From a virus, in the IMG/VR virus record IMGVR_UViG_3300005253_000946: DNA of 64,000 nt; one strand, given 5' to 3'. Shown piece after piece: positions 19,341 through 28,836 of this stretch. The notes under the pieces are model-generated. The model was given only the letters and a program-made list of their open reading frames with translations, did no database searches and was not told where the DNA came from. The position numbers and the translations under genes were made by a program. The stretch's first letter is position 1; each line of letters opens with the position of its first letter.

Positions 19341-21224
19341 ATGTCTTCTTTGGTAACTGTAGGTAGTACTTCTAGGTTTAATAGACGAACCCGGTCCGAC
19401 TTAGCTAGTCGAGGGATCATTCGTTACCCTCACCCATTTTTTAATGTAGCTCAGACATATCTTCCTAGTTCGATAAAAGAGTTGTTTGATCTTTTAGAGT
19501 ATTACTTTAGCTCTACAGGATTTTTAAACGCGGCTATAATGAATATGGCCGCTTACCCTATAACTGATCTGTCTTTCGAGCACGATAATGAAGACATTAT
19601 TTCTAGATACGAATTGTTGTTTGAAGAAAACTTAAAGATCTATGACTTCCAAATAGAGATAGGTATGGATTACTTCAATTATGGTAATGCCTTTGCCTCT
19701 ATTAATTACCCGCTACAGAAGAGGCTCAAGTGCCGTAACTGTAAGAAGTACAGCAATATCGAAGAAGTGAACTTTAAGTTGGTTGAAGGTAAGTTTCAAT
19801 TTAAAGGCGCTTGTCCAAACTGCAAAGAAATATCTTTGATGGATCCAGAAGATGTTTACCGTAAATCAGAGAAGGAACTGAATCTGATACGTTGGAACCC
19901 GCATGATATAGGTATTATATACAACCCTCTTACACATAAAAATGTGTACACATACACTATACCGGCAGCTACCCGAAAGCTAATAAAAAAAGGTGATCGT
20001 AATACTATAAAAGATCTACCTAACATTTTTATTGAGGCTGCTATTAAGAATAAACCGATTATTTTTAATCCTGGATCAATCTATCATTTCAAGCGACCTA
20101 GTATCTCAGGTAAATTCAATGGATGGGGAACTCCATTACCTATGCCTGTTTTACAAGACCTGTTCTATTTAAAGGTATTACGTAAGGCTAATGAAGCCAT
20201 TGCTATGGAGCACATTGTTCCTCTACGTGTTATTTACCCATCCGGCCAAACTGAGCACGGTACAGCCTATTCATCGTTAAGCTTAAGTACTTGGAAGACT
20301 AACGTAGAGACTGAGATTAAACGTTGGAGATTGGACCCCAATCATATCCCTATCTTCCCATTACCTATAGGACTGCAATCTTTTGGTGGCCAGGGTAAGG
20401 CCATGATGCTTACACAAGAAATACGTATGAGGATGGAAGAAACTATCGCCGGTATGGGTGTACCACGAGAATTTGTATTTGGTGGCCTGACATACTCTGG
20501 TTCTAGTATGAGTATTAGAATGTTGGAGAACTTATTTATACGGTATCGTACCTCTCAAAATGGTTTCCTCAAATGGGTATTAGAACGTGTCCATGTGTAC
20601 CTAGGATGGCCTTCTGTATCTACTAGAATGACTGACTTCAAAATGGCTGATGATCTGCAGAAGAAGCAGATTCTCATTACACTTAATGCATCGCAGAAGA
20701 TATCAGATCACGCTTTGTTGGACGAATTCGGTTTCGACTATGATGAACAATCTGCCATGCTTGAGGACGAGCTAAAAAAGAAACTTCATTTCAGGAAGGT
20801 AGAGAACGACATCAACGCGATGCTGCAAGGGCAGTCTATGTTGATACAACAACGTTACCAACAAAAGCTACAAGAGCTTATAGGAAGTATCGGAGAGGCT
20901 GGAGCAACTGTGCCAGAAGGGGTACAAAATCAAGCCCAAGAAGCCCAACAAGTATTAGACAGAGGTCAAGAAGCCGAAGATGGTGCTGTGAATATAGATG
21001 CCCGCAATCTTCTTAACTACTACGCTAAAGAGATGTCTGAAATGAATGAGGCTCAGAAACAGGCTGTTCTAGACAAAATGAAGGGTGAGATGCCTGAACT
21101 TCACGGTAAGCTTATACAGATGCTCACTGGAGGAGATCCTTCCAAGTCAGAAAACAAACCACTACCAGAAATCAAGCCGCCACGTAGAAAAGTAGGAGGT
21201 CAGGTAGCTGGTTCTACTAGCTAA
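19341..21224 (+). CDS. putative portal protein with Zn-ribbon insertion
   Basis: Size and motif order (YFNYGNAF, LIRWNP, IYHFKR, WGTP..MPV, long helices) are portal-like; CRNC...CPNC insertion. Confidence 0.6.
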   Translation: MSSLVTVGSTSRFNRRTRSDLASRGIIRYPHPFFNVAQTYLPSSIKELFDLLEYYFSSTGFLNAAIMNMAAYPITDLSFEHDNEDIISRYELLFEENLKIYDFQIEIGMDYFNYGNAFASINYPLQKRLKCRNCKKYSNIEEVNFKLVEGKFQFKGACPNCKEISLMDPEDVYRKSEKELNLIRWNPHDIGIIYNPLTHKNVYTYTIPAATRKLIKKGDRNTIKDLPNIFIEAAIKNKPIIFNPGSIYHFKRPSISGKFNGWGTPLPMPVLQDLFYLKVLRKANEAIAMEHIVPLRVIYPSGQTEHGTAYSSLSLSTWKTNVETEIKRWRLDPNHIPIFPLPIGLQSFGGQGKAMMLTQEIRMRMEETIAGMGVPREFVFGGLTYSGSSMSIRMLENLFIRYRTSQNGFLKWVLERVHVYLGWPSVSTRMTDFKMADDLQKKQILITLNASQKISDHALLDEFGFDYDEQSAMLEDELKKKLHFRKVENDINAMLQGQSMLIQQRYQQKLQELIGSIGEAGATVPEGVQNQAQEAQQVLDRGQEAEDGAVNIDARNLLNYYAKEMSEMNEAQKQAVLDKMKGEMPELHGKLIQMLTGGDPSKSENKPLPEIKPPRRKVGGQVAGSTS

Positions 21225-21381
21225 ACCTGCTTCTAAATTCTACATAGTCATTGATAGAGTGTGGACTGTTAAAAAATTTTACGATGTCGCTCCACTCTAT
21301 TAACGCTTCTGCCAGTGCCATAAATAATCCAGATAATAAACCTGTAGAGATTAGGATAATTGTAGTCCTATCTAGGGTCAC
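21217..21381 (-). CDS. small predicted single-pass membrane protein (54 aa), absent from the ORF track
   Basis: GTG start overlaps the upstream stop (GTGA); MTLDRTTIILISTGLLSGLFMALAEALIEWSDIVKFFNSPHSINDYVEFRSRFS. Confidence 0.5.
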   Translation of the reverse strand: MTLDRTTIILISTGLLSGLFMALAEALIEWSDIVKFFNSPHSINDYVEFRSRFS

Positions 21382-21455
21382 TCCTCAGCCCCGCTGATAC
21401 CACACATATCTTCTAATGTATCTTGTAAGTCTTCACACGGATCGTAGTCGTCCAT
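21378..21455 (-). CDS. acidic mini-protein (25 aa), absent from the ORF track
   Basis: AAGGAG RBS then MDDYDPCEDLQDTLEDMCGISGAEE. Confidence 0.5.
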   Translation of the reverse strand: MDDYDPCEDLQDTLEDMCGISGAEE

Positions 21456-21491
21456 TACGGAACTCCTTAAAGTTAGGGTTTTTACGTTCAA

Positions 21492-21504
21492 TTACCTTAT
21501 GACA
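21492..21504 (-). promoter_or_regulatory. TGTNATAAG motif (putative phage promoter)
   Basis: TGTCATAAGGTAA about 40 nt upstream of the mini-ORF pair; motif recurs before other minus-strand genes. Confidence 0.5.
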
Positions 21505-21607
21505 TAAAACCACTACTCTATTTCATAGATTGACCTAACATTTTAGGATGTGGTATTACTATTAAGAGAACTTATACGCTACCTCCAACACCAAGAAGGT
21601 TGTAATA

Positions 21608-24600
21608 ATGGCGCATCTAAACCCAGCCGACCAATTCGAATCTCTTAAAAAAAGGGTAGTCCAAACCTTACAGACTACTGTGTTCCCTATAACAGGTGGT
21701 AAGCACACATTAGAGGCTAAAAAGATTTGGGTTGATGACTCACTATCTATCAATGATTTAGGATCACAGAAAGATGCTAAACTAAAAGGTGGTAGCTGGA
21801 CTGTACCTGTAAACGCTCACCTGGTACTCAAAGATTCGAAGACCGGAAAAATTATAGACGAGCGGCCGAAGATCCGTATTATGAATCTTCCAAAGGTTAC
21901 TCGCAGGTTCTCTTTTATTGTTGGAGGAACAGAGTATCAACCTAAAGGGCAGTTCAGGCTTAAGTCTGGTGTGTACTCCACAATCAGTGGTAAGGGCGAA
22001 GTTATAGCTAAGGTAAACATGGTAATCGGGCTTAAAGGATGGGGAGGAAGTTCACATGTAAAACTAGATCAGGCCAACGGAATCTTTTACTTCTTGCCTG
22101 AGACTTCTACAGGTACTTCAATACTCCTGTACCCTATACTCAAAATGATGGGTATCGGTGATGCCCAGATGCAAAGATATTGGGGTAAGGAATTACTAGA
22201 AACTAATCGAACCTTTAGTTCTGGTAAAGAAGAACGAAATCTAAACAAGCTATACGCAAAACTTACTGGTGAGAAATCTACTGACCAAGATGCAGTAAAG
22301 AGTCTTTTATTAGACTCATTTAAAGGTACTAAGCTTAGGGAAGACTCTACAAAAATAACTCTCGGTAAGGCTGTATCTAAGCTAGATGGAGAAGCTCTTC
22401 TGCTTACTTCATCTAAGCTGATTAAGTTGTCAAAAGGAGAAGCCAAACCGGATGACACAGATTCACTGGCCTTCAAAGACTTTGCTGACATAGACGATTT
22501 TATCTCGGAACATATCGAGGCAAAGGTGAAGACGATCCATCGCAAGATCAAGAATAACCTTAATGACAAAGTTGCTATTAGGGATATAGTCTCGTCTTCC
22601 TATTTTACCGAACCTGTAAGAAGTTTCTTTACTAGTACACAGTTGTCGGACAAGCCGGAGCAGGTTAACCCTCTTGAGATGATTAGCGGCCAATTAAAAA
22701 CCACCATTATGGGAGAAGGAGGAGGTATTACTGATCCCAATAAAATACGACCGAATCTGCGTCAGGTTAATCCTTCTCACTTAGGATTCCTAGACCCTAT
22801 CCATACACCAGAAGGAGATAAGACCGGTATAACATTGAACCTACCTATCGGTGCTAGTAAAAAAGGTAATGAGCTACGTACAACTTTTTACTCTATTAAA
22901 CGCAAAAAACTTGTGAAGGTGTCCCCTCTGGAGTCCATTCATTCCGTAGTAGCTTTTGCTGATCAATACATTAAAGAGTCTGATGGGACATATACTCCTA
23001 AAGAAAAAATAGTAAAAGTAGTCTCTAAAGATGGTGAGATACAAAAAGTCCCAGCTACTACGGTTGATTATGTTATACCAAGCCCGTCCGTGCTTTTTGA
23101 TGTCACTACAAACATGATACCATTTCTGAGTAACAACTCAGGTGCTAGAGCCTTCATGGCTTCTAAACAGATAGAGCAAGCTGTCAGTTTAGTACACAGA
23201 GAAGAACCTTTAGTTCAGGTAAGAGCGTCAGACAAATCAGAACATACTTTTGAAAGAGCTGTAGGACGAACCAGTGCTCACATATCCCCTATTGACGGCA
23301 AAGTAACAAGGGTAACTGAAACAGACATCTATGTTCGAGGGGACAATGGTAAGAGTATAAAAGTACCTTACTACAATAATTTCCCGCTCAATAGTAAACA
23401 GATGTTACACGCCACACCAGTTGTAAGGGCTGGGGACACGGTTACAAAAGGACAGTTATTGGCTGACTCTAACTTTACTAAAAATGGTGTGTTGTCATTA
23501 GGAGTAAATTTGGATGTAGGCTACATGCCGTTCAAAGGATACAACTATGAAGATGGTATAGTTATATCGGAAAAAGCTGCTGAGAAGCTGACCTCTGAGC
23601 ACCTTTATAAATTCTTAGTTACTGTGGGTCCAAATACTGAATTAAGTCTTAGGAAGTTTACTGCACACAGTCCTAATATACTTTCAGTAAAAAACTTAGA
23701 GAAACTAGACTCTAGAGGTGTTGTAAAGAAAGGGTCGACTGTTTATGAGGAAGATTATCTTGTAGCGGTCCTCAATAAAGTGGAGCTTACTAAAGAGCAA
23801 GTAATGATGCGTAAGTTTAAAAGCTCTCTGATTTCTGCTTATAGTACTAGTAAGAGTATTATGTGGGATAAGAGATTTCCGGGAACTGTCACTGATGTAT
23901 CGGTATCTGGTAAAGATGTAGTTGTCTATGTAAAAACACAAGAGCCTATGATTGTAGGAGATAAACTGATCGGCAGACACGGAAACAAAGGTATTGTCAC
24001 AATGATAGTACCTCAAAATGAGATGCCTACAACTAAGAGTGGAAAACCTTTAGAAGTATTATTGAACCCTACAGGTGTACCTGGACGTATTAACCCTGGC
24101 CAGGTCTTAGAGACTATGGCAGGTAAGATTGCTGATAAGATTGGAAAGCCTCTAAAAATGGTTAACTTTGATGGCAAGAATGCTGTTGACCATTTAATTA
24201 AAGAACTTAAGAAACATAAACTATCTGACACTGAAGACGTCTTAGATCCAAAGACCGGACGTTCAATAGGTAAAGTAATGGTAGGTAAGCAGTATATGCT
24301 TAAGCTTATCCACCAGATAGATAAGGGTACTTCTACTCGCTCTACAGGCCCTTATGAGAGTACATCAAGAGCACCAGCTCGTGGAGGTAAAGCTAGTGCT
24401 AGTAGGTTAGGAGAACTGGGCAACTACGCGATGCTGGCTCATGGAGCTAAAGCTAACTTGTTTGATGCCTATAACTATAAAACAGAGCGAAACGATGATG
24501 TTTGGTACGCTTTAGTTGAAGGCGCTCCACTTCCTAAAACTAAACCAGCATTTGTGTTTGACAAGTTTACCGGGTATCTAAACGCTCTCGGAGTAAATGT

Positions 24601-27600
24601 AGAAAAGAAAGGTACTAAATTTCAGTTAATCCCTTTCACAGAGAAGCAGATACTAGATATGAGTAGCGGTGAACTCAAAGACGCCGGACAAATGGTTAAA
24701 GGAAAGAGCTTGAAGCCTATTAGAAATGGCCTGTTTGATGAAGAGCTGACTGGAGGCCTTGAAGGAACCAAATGGACTCATATAGATCTCGGAGAGAGGT
24801 TCGCTAATCCTGTATTTGAGAAACCACTGAAGTATATTCTAGATATATCTGAGAAGGAGTTCGAGGATATTAAGAATGGTAAGACTGTAGTTAAAGGCAA
24901 AACTGGAGGAGATCTCTTCTACGATATGCTGAAAAAGGTAGATGTAGATAAAGAGCTTAAAGAAGCTATAGAGAAAGCTAGAAAGTCTAAAGCAGCCACG
25001 ACATCCAAAGTTCATCGTCGTATTCGATACTTGAAGTCTTTGAAAGAGTTAGGTATCAGACCAGAAGAGGCTTACGTTAAAAAATCTCTACCTGTATTAC
25101 CTCCAGCTTTTAGACCGTTGACCATTACTGAAGAAGGTAACATACGAGATCGAGGTCTCAATGGTATTTACAAAGGAGTGTTTTTACTGGCTGACAAATT
25201 CAAAGAGGCTAAGAAGGTAGGATTACCTGATGAGGATTTAAATAAGCTACGTACTGAAATATACGATGCTCTACAAGCATTTACAGGTATAGGAGGTCAT
25301 ATAAGTATTGGTGGCAAAGGTCGTAGACCAAAAGGTATCATGGAAATACTAGGTGCCAGTAAATCTGGTGCAGAACAACGTGTGTCTGCTAAAGAAGGTT
25401 TCTTCCAGAACAAGGTACTGAAGCGTCGACAAGATTTTACAGCTCGAACAACTATTGTTCCAGAACCAAGGTTAGGTTTAGATGAGATAGGTATACCTGA
25501 GAACCTTGCTTGGGAACTATACAAACCATTTATCATTAAAGATCTGACTAAAACTCTTTTTATGGCCCCTCTTAGAGCTAGAGAGGAAGTCTCGAAGAAG
25601 AGTAAGTTGGCACGTACAGCGTTAAGTAGAGTGATGAAAGATAGGCCAGTACTGGCTAAGCGAGATCCTGCTTTACACAAATATAACGTACAAGCGTTTG
25701 ATCCTATCATTACTGCTGGCCGTGCTATCAAGATTAACCCTCTTGTAACTAGTAGCTATAACGCTGACTTCGATGGTGATAAAATGCCTATATTCTTACC
25801 TATTTCTAAAGATGCGGTTGCAGAAGCACATAGATTAAAGCCTTCTAATAACCTGTTTTCTGCAGCTCACGGTAAGTTGATGTACAAACCGACACAAGAA
25901 GCACAGTTAGGTTTGTTCCTACTTACTAAAGAAGGTAAGAAGACAGGTCTGTCTTTCACATCCCAAAAAGATATTATGACAGCCTTTAAACAACGCCGTC
26001 TTAAAATAGACGATGTTGTTACCCTTAAAGGTAGAAAGACAACTATCGGTAAAGAGATAATAAGAGGAATGTTACCTAAAGGTATGCAGACTAAAGAAAT
26101 GTTAAGGGTTGTGAAGAAGACTTTCGATAGGAACGTGCTCACTGAATTCTTAAACATAGCTGCAAAACGAGATCCAGGAAGGTTCGGGGTAATAGTCAAT
26201 AAGATAAAGAACCTAGGTAATGAGAAGGCTACTGGGTACTCATTTAAGTTAGCCGATTTTAAACCTATTAACAAAAGCACAAGAGATAGACTGTTTAAAG
26301 CTGCTGAGAAAGAAGCTGCCAAGATCGACAAAGATAAGTCTTTATCTAAAGATGAGCGTAATGAAAAGAAGGCTGCTGTATTTATGGAGGTAGTTAAAAC
26401 GTTAGACAAAAAGATGATCGATCACTTTAAAAGTTCTGACTCCGGGATAGGTGCTTTATTATTATCTGGTGCTGTAAATAAGCCCGCTCAAGTAAGATCT
26501 ATGATCAGTGCTCCTGGTGTTGTAACTGGACCAGATGATAAACCTCTACCAGTTCCAGTAACAAAATCCTACTCTGAAGGACTGGATTTAGGTAGTTACT
26601 GGAATTCTATGTCTGCTGCACGTAAGACTATGATACAGAAAACTATTGAGGTGCGTAATCCTGGATATTTAACAAAACAGTTGATGAACACAACGATAGG
26701 TATGGTAATATCTGAGGCTGATTGTGGTACTAAAAGGGGTATTTCTTTAGAGACCGAAGATCCTGAGATCATAGGTCGGGTACTAGCTAATGGAGTTAAA
26801 GTAGGCTCCATCTCAGTCAGGCGTGGGACTGTTATAACTCCAGAAGTTATTACCCGTCTGATTAATAATAGAATACCTAAGATAGTTGTTCGATCACCTA
26901 TGCGTTGCGAATCTATAAACGGCGTATGCCAAAAATGTTATGGAAAAAATGAGACTGGAGCGTTCCCTGAGATAGGCACTAATGTTGGAGCCATAGCTTC
27001 ACAATCTTTAGGGGAACCATCAACTCAGTTAATAATGAGAGCCTTCCATACAGGAGGTACTGTATCTGCTAAGAGTAATGTATTAAATACCTTTGACCGG
27101 GTGTCTCAATTAGTACGCCTACCAAAAACAGTACCGGGATCTGCTACTTTAGCTGGTTCTGACGGATCTATTGAAAGTATCAACAAAGCTCCGGCCGGTG
27201 GGTGGAATGTAAGTTTAGGAGGTATAGCTCATTACATCCCTCAAGACAGAGGTTTGAGAATAAAAAAAGGTCAGACAGTTAAAAAAGGGTCACCTATCAG
27301 TGGTGGGGTTATAAACCCAAGAGAGTTGTTAGAATTAAAAGGTATCGACGCTACCCAGAATTATATAGCTGGTTCACTGTACGATTCCTACAAGACAGAG
27401 GGGCCTATTAATCGTAGACATGCCGAGATTATGACTAGAGGTATTACGAATATCTCTCAGGTCAGAGACCCTGGAGGTAATGAGGTTGTGGTTCCCGGAG
27501 ATATTGTACCGACGACTTTGGTAGAGAATTTTAATCGCACAGGCAGGATTAGAACTGTAGCTCCGGTAGATGCTTTCAATTCTACTTTACTAGAACCAGT

Positions 27601-27913
27601 TGCTGGTTTGAGTAGAGGTAAACGTCTTAATGAAGACGACATACAAAAACTTAAGAGGCATGGTATACAAACTGTTAAGGTAGCTGCAGATCCTATAATT
27701 TCTGAAATTAATCTCAAAGGGGTTGAGATGGCCCCGTTAGCTGTTAGTGAAGACTGGATGGCCAGAATGAACTTCAACCGTTTAAAAGAGACTGTGCTCG
27801 AAGCAGCAGGTCAAGGTTGGATTTCTGATGTACACAGCTCTAACCCTATACCGGCTTTAGCTTACGGAGCTGAGATAGGTAAACCACCGGAAGATAAACC
27901 TTGGGCGTACTAG
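21608..27913 (+). CDS. rpoBC: single-chain fused beta-beta' DNA-directed RNA polymerase (2101 aa)
   Basis: beta motifs PSHLGFLDPIHTPEG, GYNYEDG, GDKLIGRHGNKG, LNPTGVPGRINPGQ, SRLGELG; beta' motifs LPVLPPAFRP, KRDPALH, catalytic NADFDGD (25760-25780), GYLTKQL, CYG, QSLGEPSTQL..RAFHTGG, all in one ORF. Confidence 0.97.
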   Translation: MAHLNPADQFESLKKRVVQTLQTTVFPITGGKHTLEAKKIWVDDSLSINDLGSQKDAKLKGGSWTVPVNAHLVLKDSKTGKIIDERPKIRIMNLPKVTRRFSFIVGGTEYQPKGQFRLKSGVYSTISGKGEVIAKVNMVIGLKGWGGSSHVKLDQANGIFYFLPETSTGTSILLYPILKMMGIGDAQMQRYWGKELLETNRTFSSGKEERNLNKLYAKLTGEKSTDQDAVKSLLLDSFKGTKLREDSTKITLGKAVSKLDGEALLLTSSKLIKLSKGEAKPDDTDSLAFKDFADIDDFISEHIEAKVKTIHRKIKNNLNDKVAIRDIVSSSYFTEPVRSFFTSTQLSDKPEQVNPLEMISGQLKTTIMGEGGGITDPNKIRPNLRQVNPSHLGFLDPIHTPEGDKTGITLNLPIGASKKGNELRTTFYSIKRKKLVKVSPLESIHSVVAFADQYIKESDGTYTPKEKIVKVVSKDGEIQKVPATTVDYVIPSPSVLFDVTTNMIPFLSNNSGARAFMASKQIEQAVSLVHREEPLVQVRASDKSEHTFERAVGRTSAHISPIDGKVTRVTETDIYVRGDNGKSIKVPYYNNFPLNSKQMLHATPVVRAGDTVTKGQLLADSNFTKNGVLSLGVNLDVGYMPFKGYNYEDGIVISEKAAEKLTSEHLYKFLVTVGPNTELSLRKFTAHSPNILSVKNLEKLDSRGVVKKGSTVYEEDYLVAVLNKVELTKEQVMMRKFKSSLISAYSTSKSIMWDKRFPGTVTDVSVSGKDVVVYVKTQEPMIVGDKLIGRHGNKGIVTMIVPQNEMPTTKSGKPLEVLLNPTGVPGRINPGQVLETMAGKIADKIGKPLKMVNFDGKNAVDHLIKELKKHKLSDTEDVLDPKTGRSIGKVMVGKQYMLKLIHQIDKGTSTRSTGPYESTSRAPARGGKASASRLGELGNYAMLAHGAKANLFDAYNYKTERNDDVWYALVEGAPLPKTKPAFVFDKFTGYLNALGVNVEKKGTKFQLIPFTEKQILDMSSGELKDAGQMVKGKSLKPIRNGLFDEELTGGLEGTKWTHIDLGERFANPVFEKPLKYILDISEKEFEDIKNGKTVVKGKTGGDLFYDMLKKVDVDKELKEAIEKARKSKAATTSKVHRRIRYLKSLKELGIRPEEAYVKKSLPVLPPAFRPLTITEEGNIRDRGLNGIYKGVFLLADKFKEAKKVGLPDEDLNKLRTEIYDALQAFTGIGGHISIGGKGRRPKGIMEILGASKSGAEQRVSAKEGFFQNKVLKRRQDFTARTTIVPEPRLGLDEIGIPENLAWELYKPFIIKDLTKTLFMAPLRAREEVSKKSKLARTALSRVMKDRPVLAKRDPALHKYNVQAFDPIITAGRAIKINPLVTSSYNADFDGDKMPIFLPISKDAVAEAHRLKPSNNLFSAAHGKLMYKPTQEAQLGLFLLTKEGKKTGLSFTSQKDIMTAFKQRRLKIDDVVTLKGRKTTIGKEIIRGMLPKGMQTKEMLRVVKKTFDRNVLTEFLNIAAKRDPGRFGVIVNKIKNLGNEKATGYSFKLADFKPINKSTRDRLFKAAEKEAAKIDKDKSLSKDERNEKKAAVFMEVVKTLDKKMIDHFKSSDSGIGALLLSGAVNKPAQVRSMISAPGVVTGPDDKPLPVPVTKSYSEGLDLGSYWNSMSAARKTMIQKTIEVRNPGYLTKQLMNTTIGMVISEADCGTKRGISLETEDPEIIGRVLANGVKVGSISVRRGTVITPEVITRLINNRIPKIVVRSPMRCESINGVCQKCYGKNETGAFPEIGTNVGAIASQSLGEPSTQLIMRAFHTGGTVSAKSNVLNTFDRVSQLVRLPKTVPGSATLAGSDGSIESINKAPAGGWNVSLGGIAHYIPQDRGLRIKKGQTVKKGSPISGGVINPRELLELKGIDATQNYIAGSLYDSYKTEGPINRRHAEIMTRGITNISQVRDPGGNEVVVPGDIVPTTLVENFNRTGRIRTVAPVDAFNSTLLEPVAGLSRGKRLNEDDIQKLKRHGIQTVKVAADPIISEINLKGVEMAPLAVSEDWMARMNFNRLKETVLEAAGQGWISDVHSSNPIPALAYGAEIGKPPEDKPWAY

Positions 27914-27919
27914 CTAAAA

Positions 27920-27951
27920 GAGGGGTGGGGACATTAAGCCCCCACACCCTC
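27920..27951. terminator. GC-rich hairpin between convergent genes
   Basis: gaggggtgggg-acattaagc-ccccacaccctc. Confidence 0.6.
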
Positions 27952-27971
27952 CCACTCTTACTAGGAGACTC

Positions 27972-28751
27972 CTACGAGGCTTTCGCCATCGTCTTTTTAG
28001 GAGCTGCTTTTTTATTGGTGGTCGGTTTCTTCTTCGTTTTCTTGGTTGAGGTTTTTGCTTTAGCTACAGGTTTCTTCGCAGTCTTTTTAGCTGCTTTCTT
28101 GGCCGGGGCTTTCTTTTTAGTTTCAACGGTTTTGGTTTCTTTAACCGACACCACTTTACCGGTTGTTTTGTCCGTTGATACTGTCAGACCTGCTACTTGG
28201 ACTAGCTCTACTTCTCCAGAAGCTTCTTCTGGTAGAAGGCTGCGACCAGGCATCAAGATATCAATCATACGTCGGCTGGTATCTATTGGTTTGCCTTTTG
28301 AGAGATCCTCTGATGCTTTTGAGGCACCGATGGCGACTTCAAGTATACCAGCGATAACCAGCATCTTTGTCTCAGCGTGCCAGTCCCTATCTACATTGTT
28401 ATTGAATTCAATGTGCGCCCTGTCGTCAGGAATTCTGGCTTGCACCTCCACATCTATACCCATGTGGGGCATTGGCGGTAGGAAGATGGTACATCTAAGA
28501 CCGTGGCCTCTAAAATCTCTAAAGACCTGGACCCCTTGTTCGATGTCTAGAAAGTCAGAGTATGTAATAAATTCCACAGGGGCCTTAAATCTACCGAGGT
28601 TGATTAAATACCTTTTCAGGTTTTCTACCAGCCACGACGCATTTTTGTGTCCGTTGTTTCTGATCCACACAGACCTTTCTTTCACAAATTCGGTTACTTC
28701 GCTTTTTTCAAATCCGGCCGCTTCTAATTGGTTTTTTATGTCTGTTGACAT
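27972..28751 (-). CDS. hypothetical protein with histone H1-like Lys/Ala/Pro/Thr tail
   Basis: C-terminus KKKAPAKKAAKKTAKKPVAKAKTSTKKTKKKPTTNKKAAPKKTMAKAS; AGGAGG RBS. Confidence 0.7.
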   Translation of the reverse strand: MSTDIKNQLEAAGFEKSEVTEFVKERSVWIRNNGHKNASWLVENLKRYLINLGRFKAPVEFITYSDFLDIEQGVQVFRDFRGHGLRCTIFLPPMPHMGIDVEVQARIPDDRAHIEFNNNVDRDWHAETKMLVIAGILEVAIGASKASEDLSKGKPIDTSRRMIDILMPGRSLLPEEASGEVELVQVAGLTVSTDKTTGKVVSVKETKTVETKKKAPAKKAAKKTAKKPVAKAKTSTKKTKKKPTTNKKAAPKKTMAKAS

Positions 28752-28801
28752 GAGCTATCCTCCTAGGAGAGTGTTAGAGTTTCAGGCTAATTGCCTTCAT
28801 A

Positions 28802-28813
28802 GTTCTTATAACA
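28802..28813 (-). promoter_or_regulatory. TGTNATAAG motif (putative phage promoter)
   Basis: TGTTATAAGAAC about 50 nt upstream of the 28751 start. Confidence 0.5.
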
Positions 28814-28836
28814 ATTTTTAGGACGGAATTTTAGCG

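Noticed and set aside
27901-28821. 306-aa plus-strand hydrophobic ORF
   Set aside because: Antisense shadow of the Lys-rich gene (AAA/AAG codons read as Phe/Leu); no RBS, and it overlaps the RNAP end and the terminator
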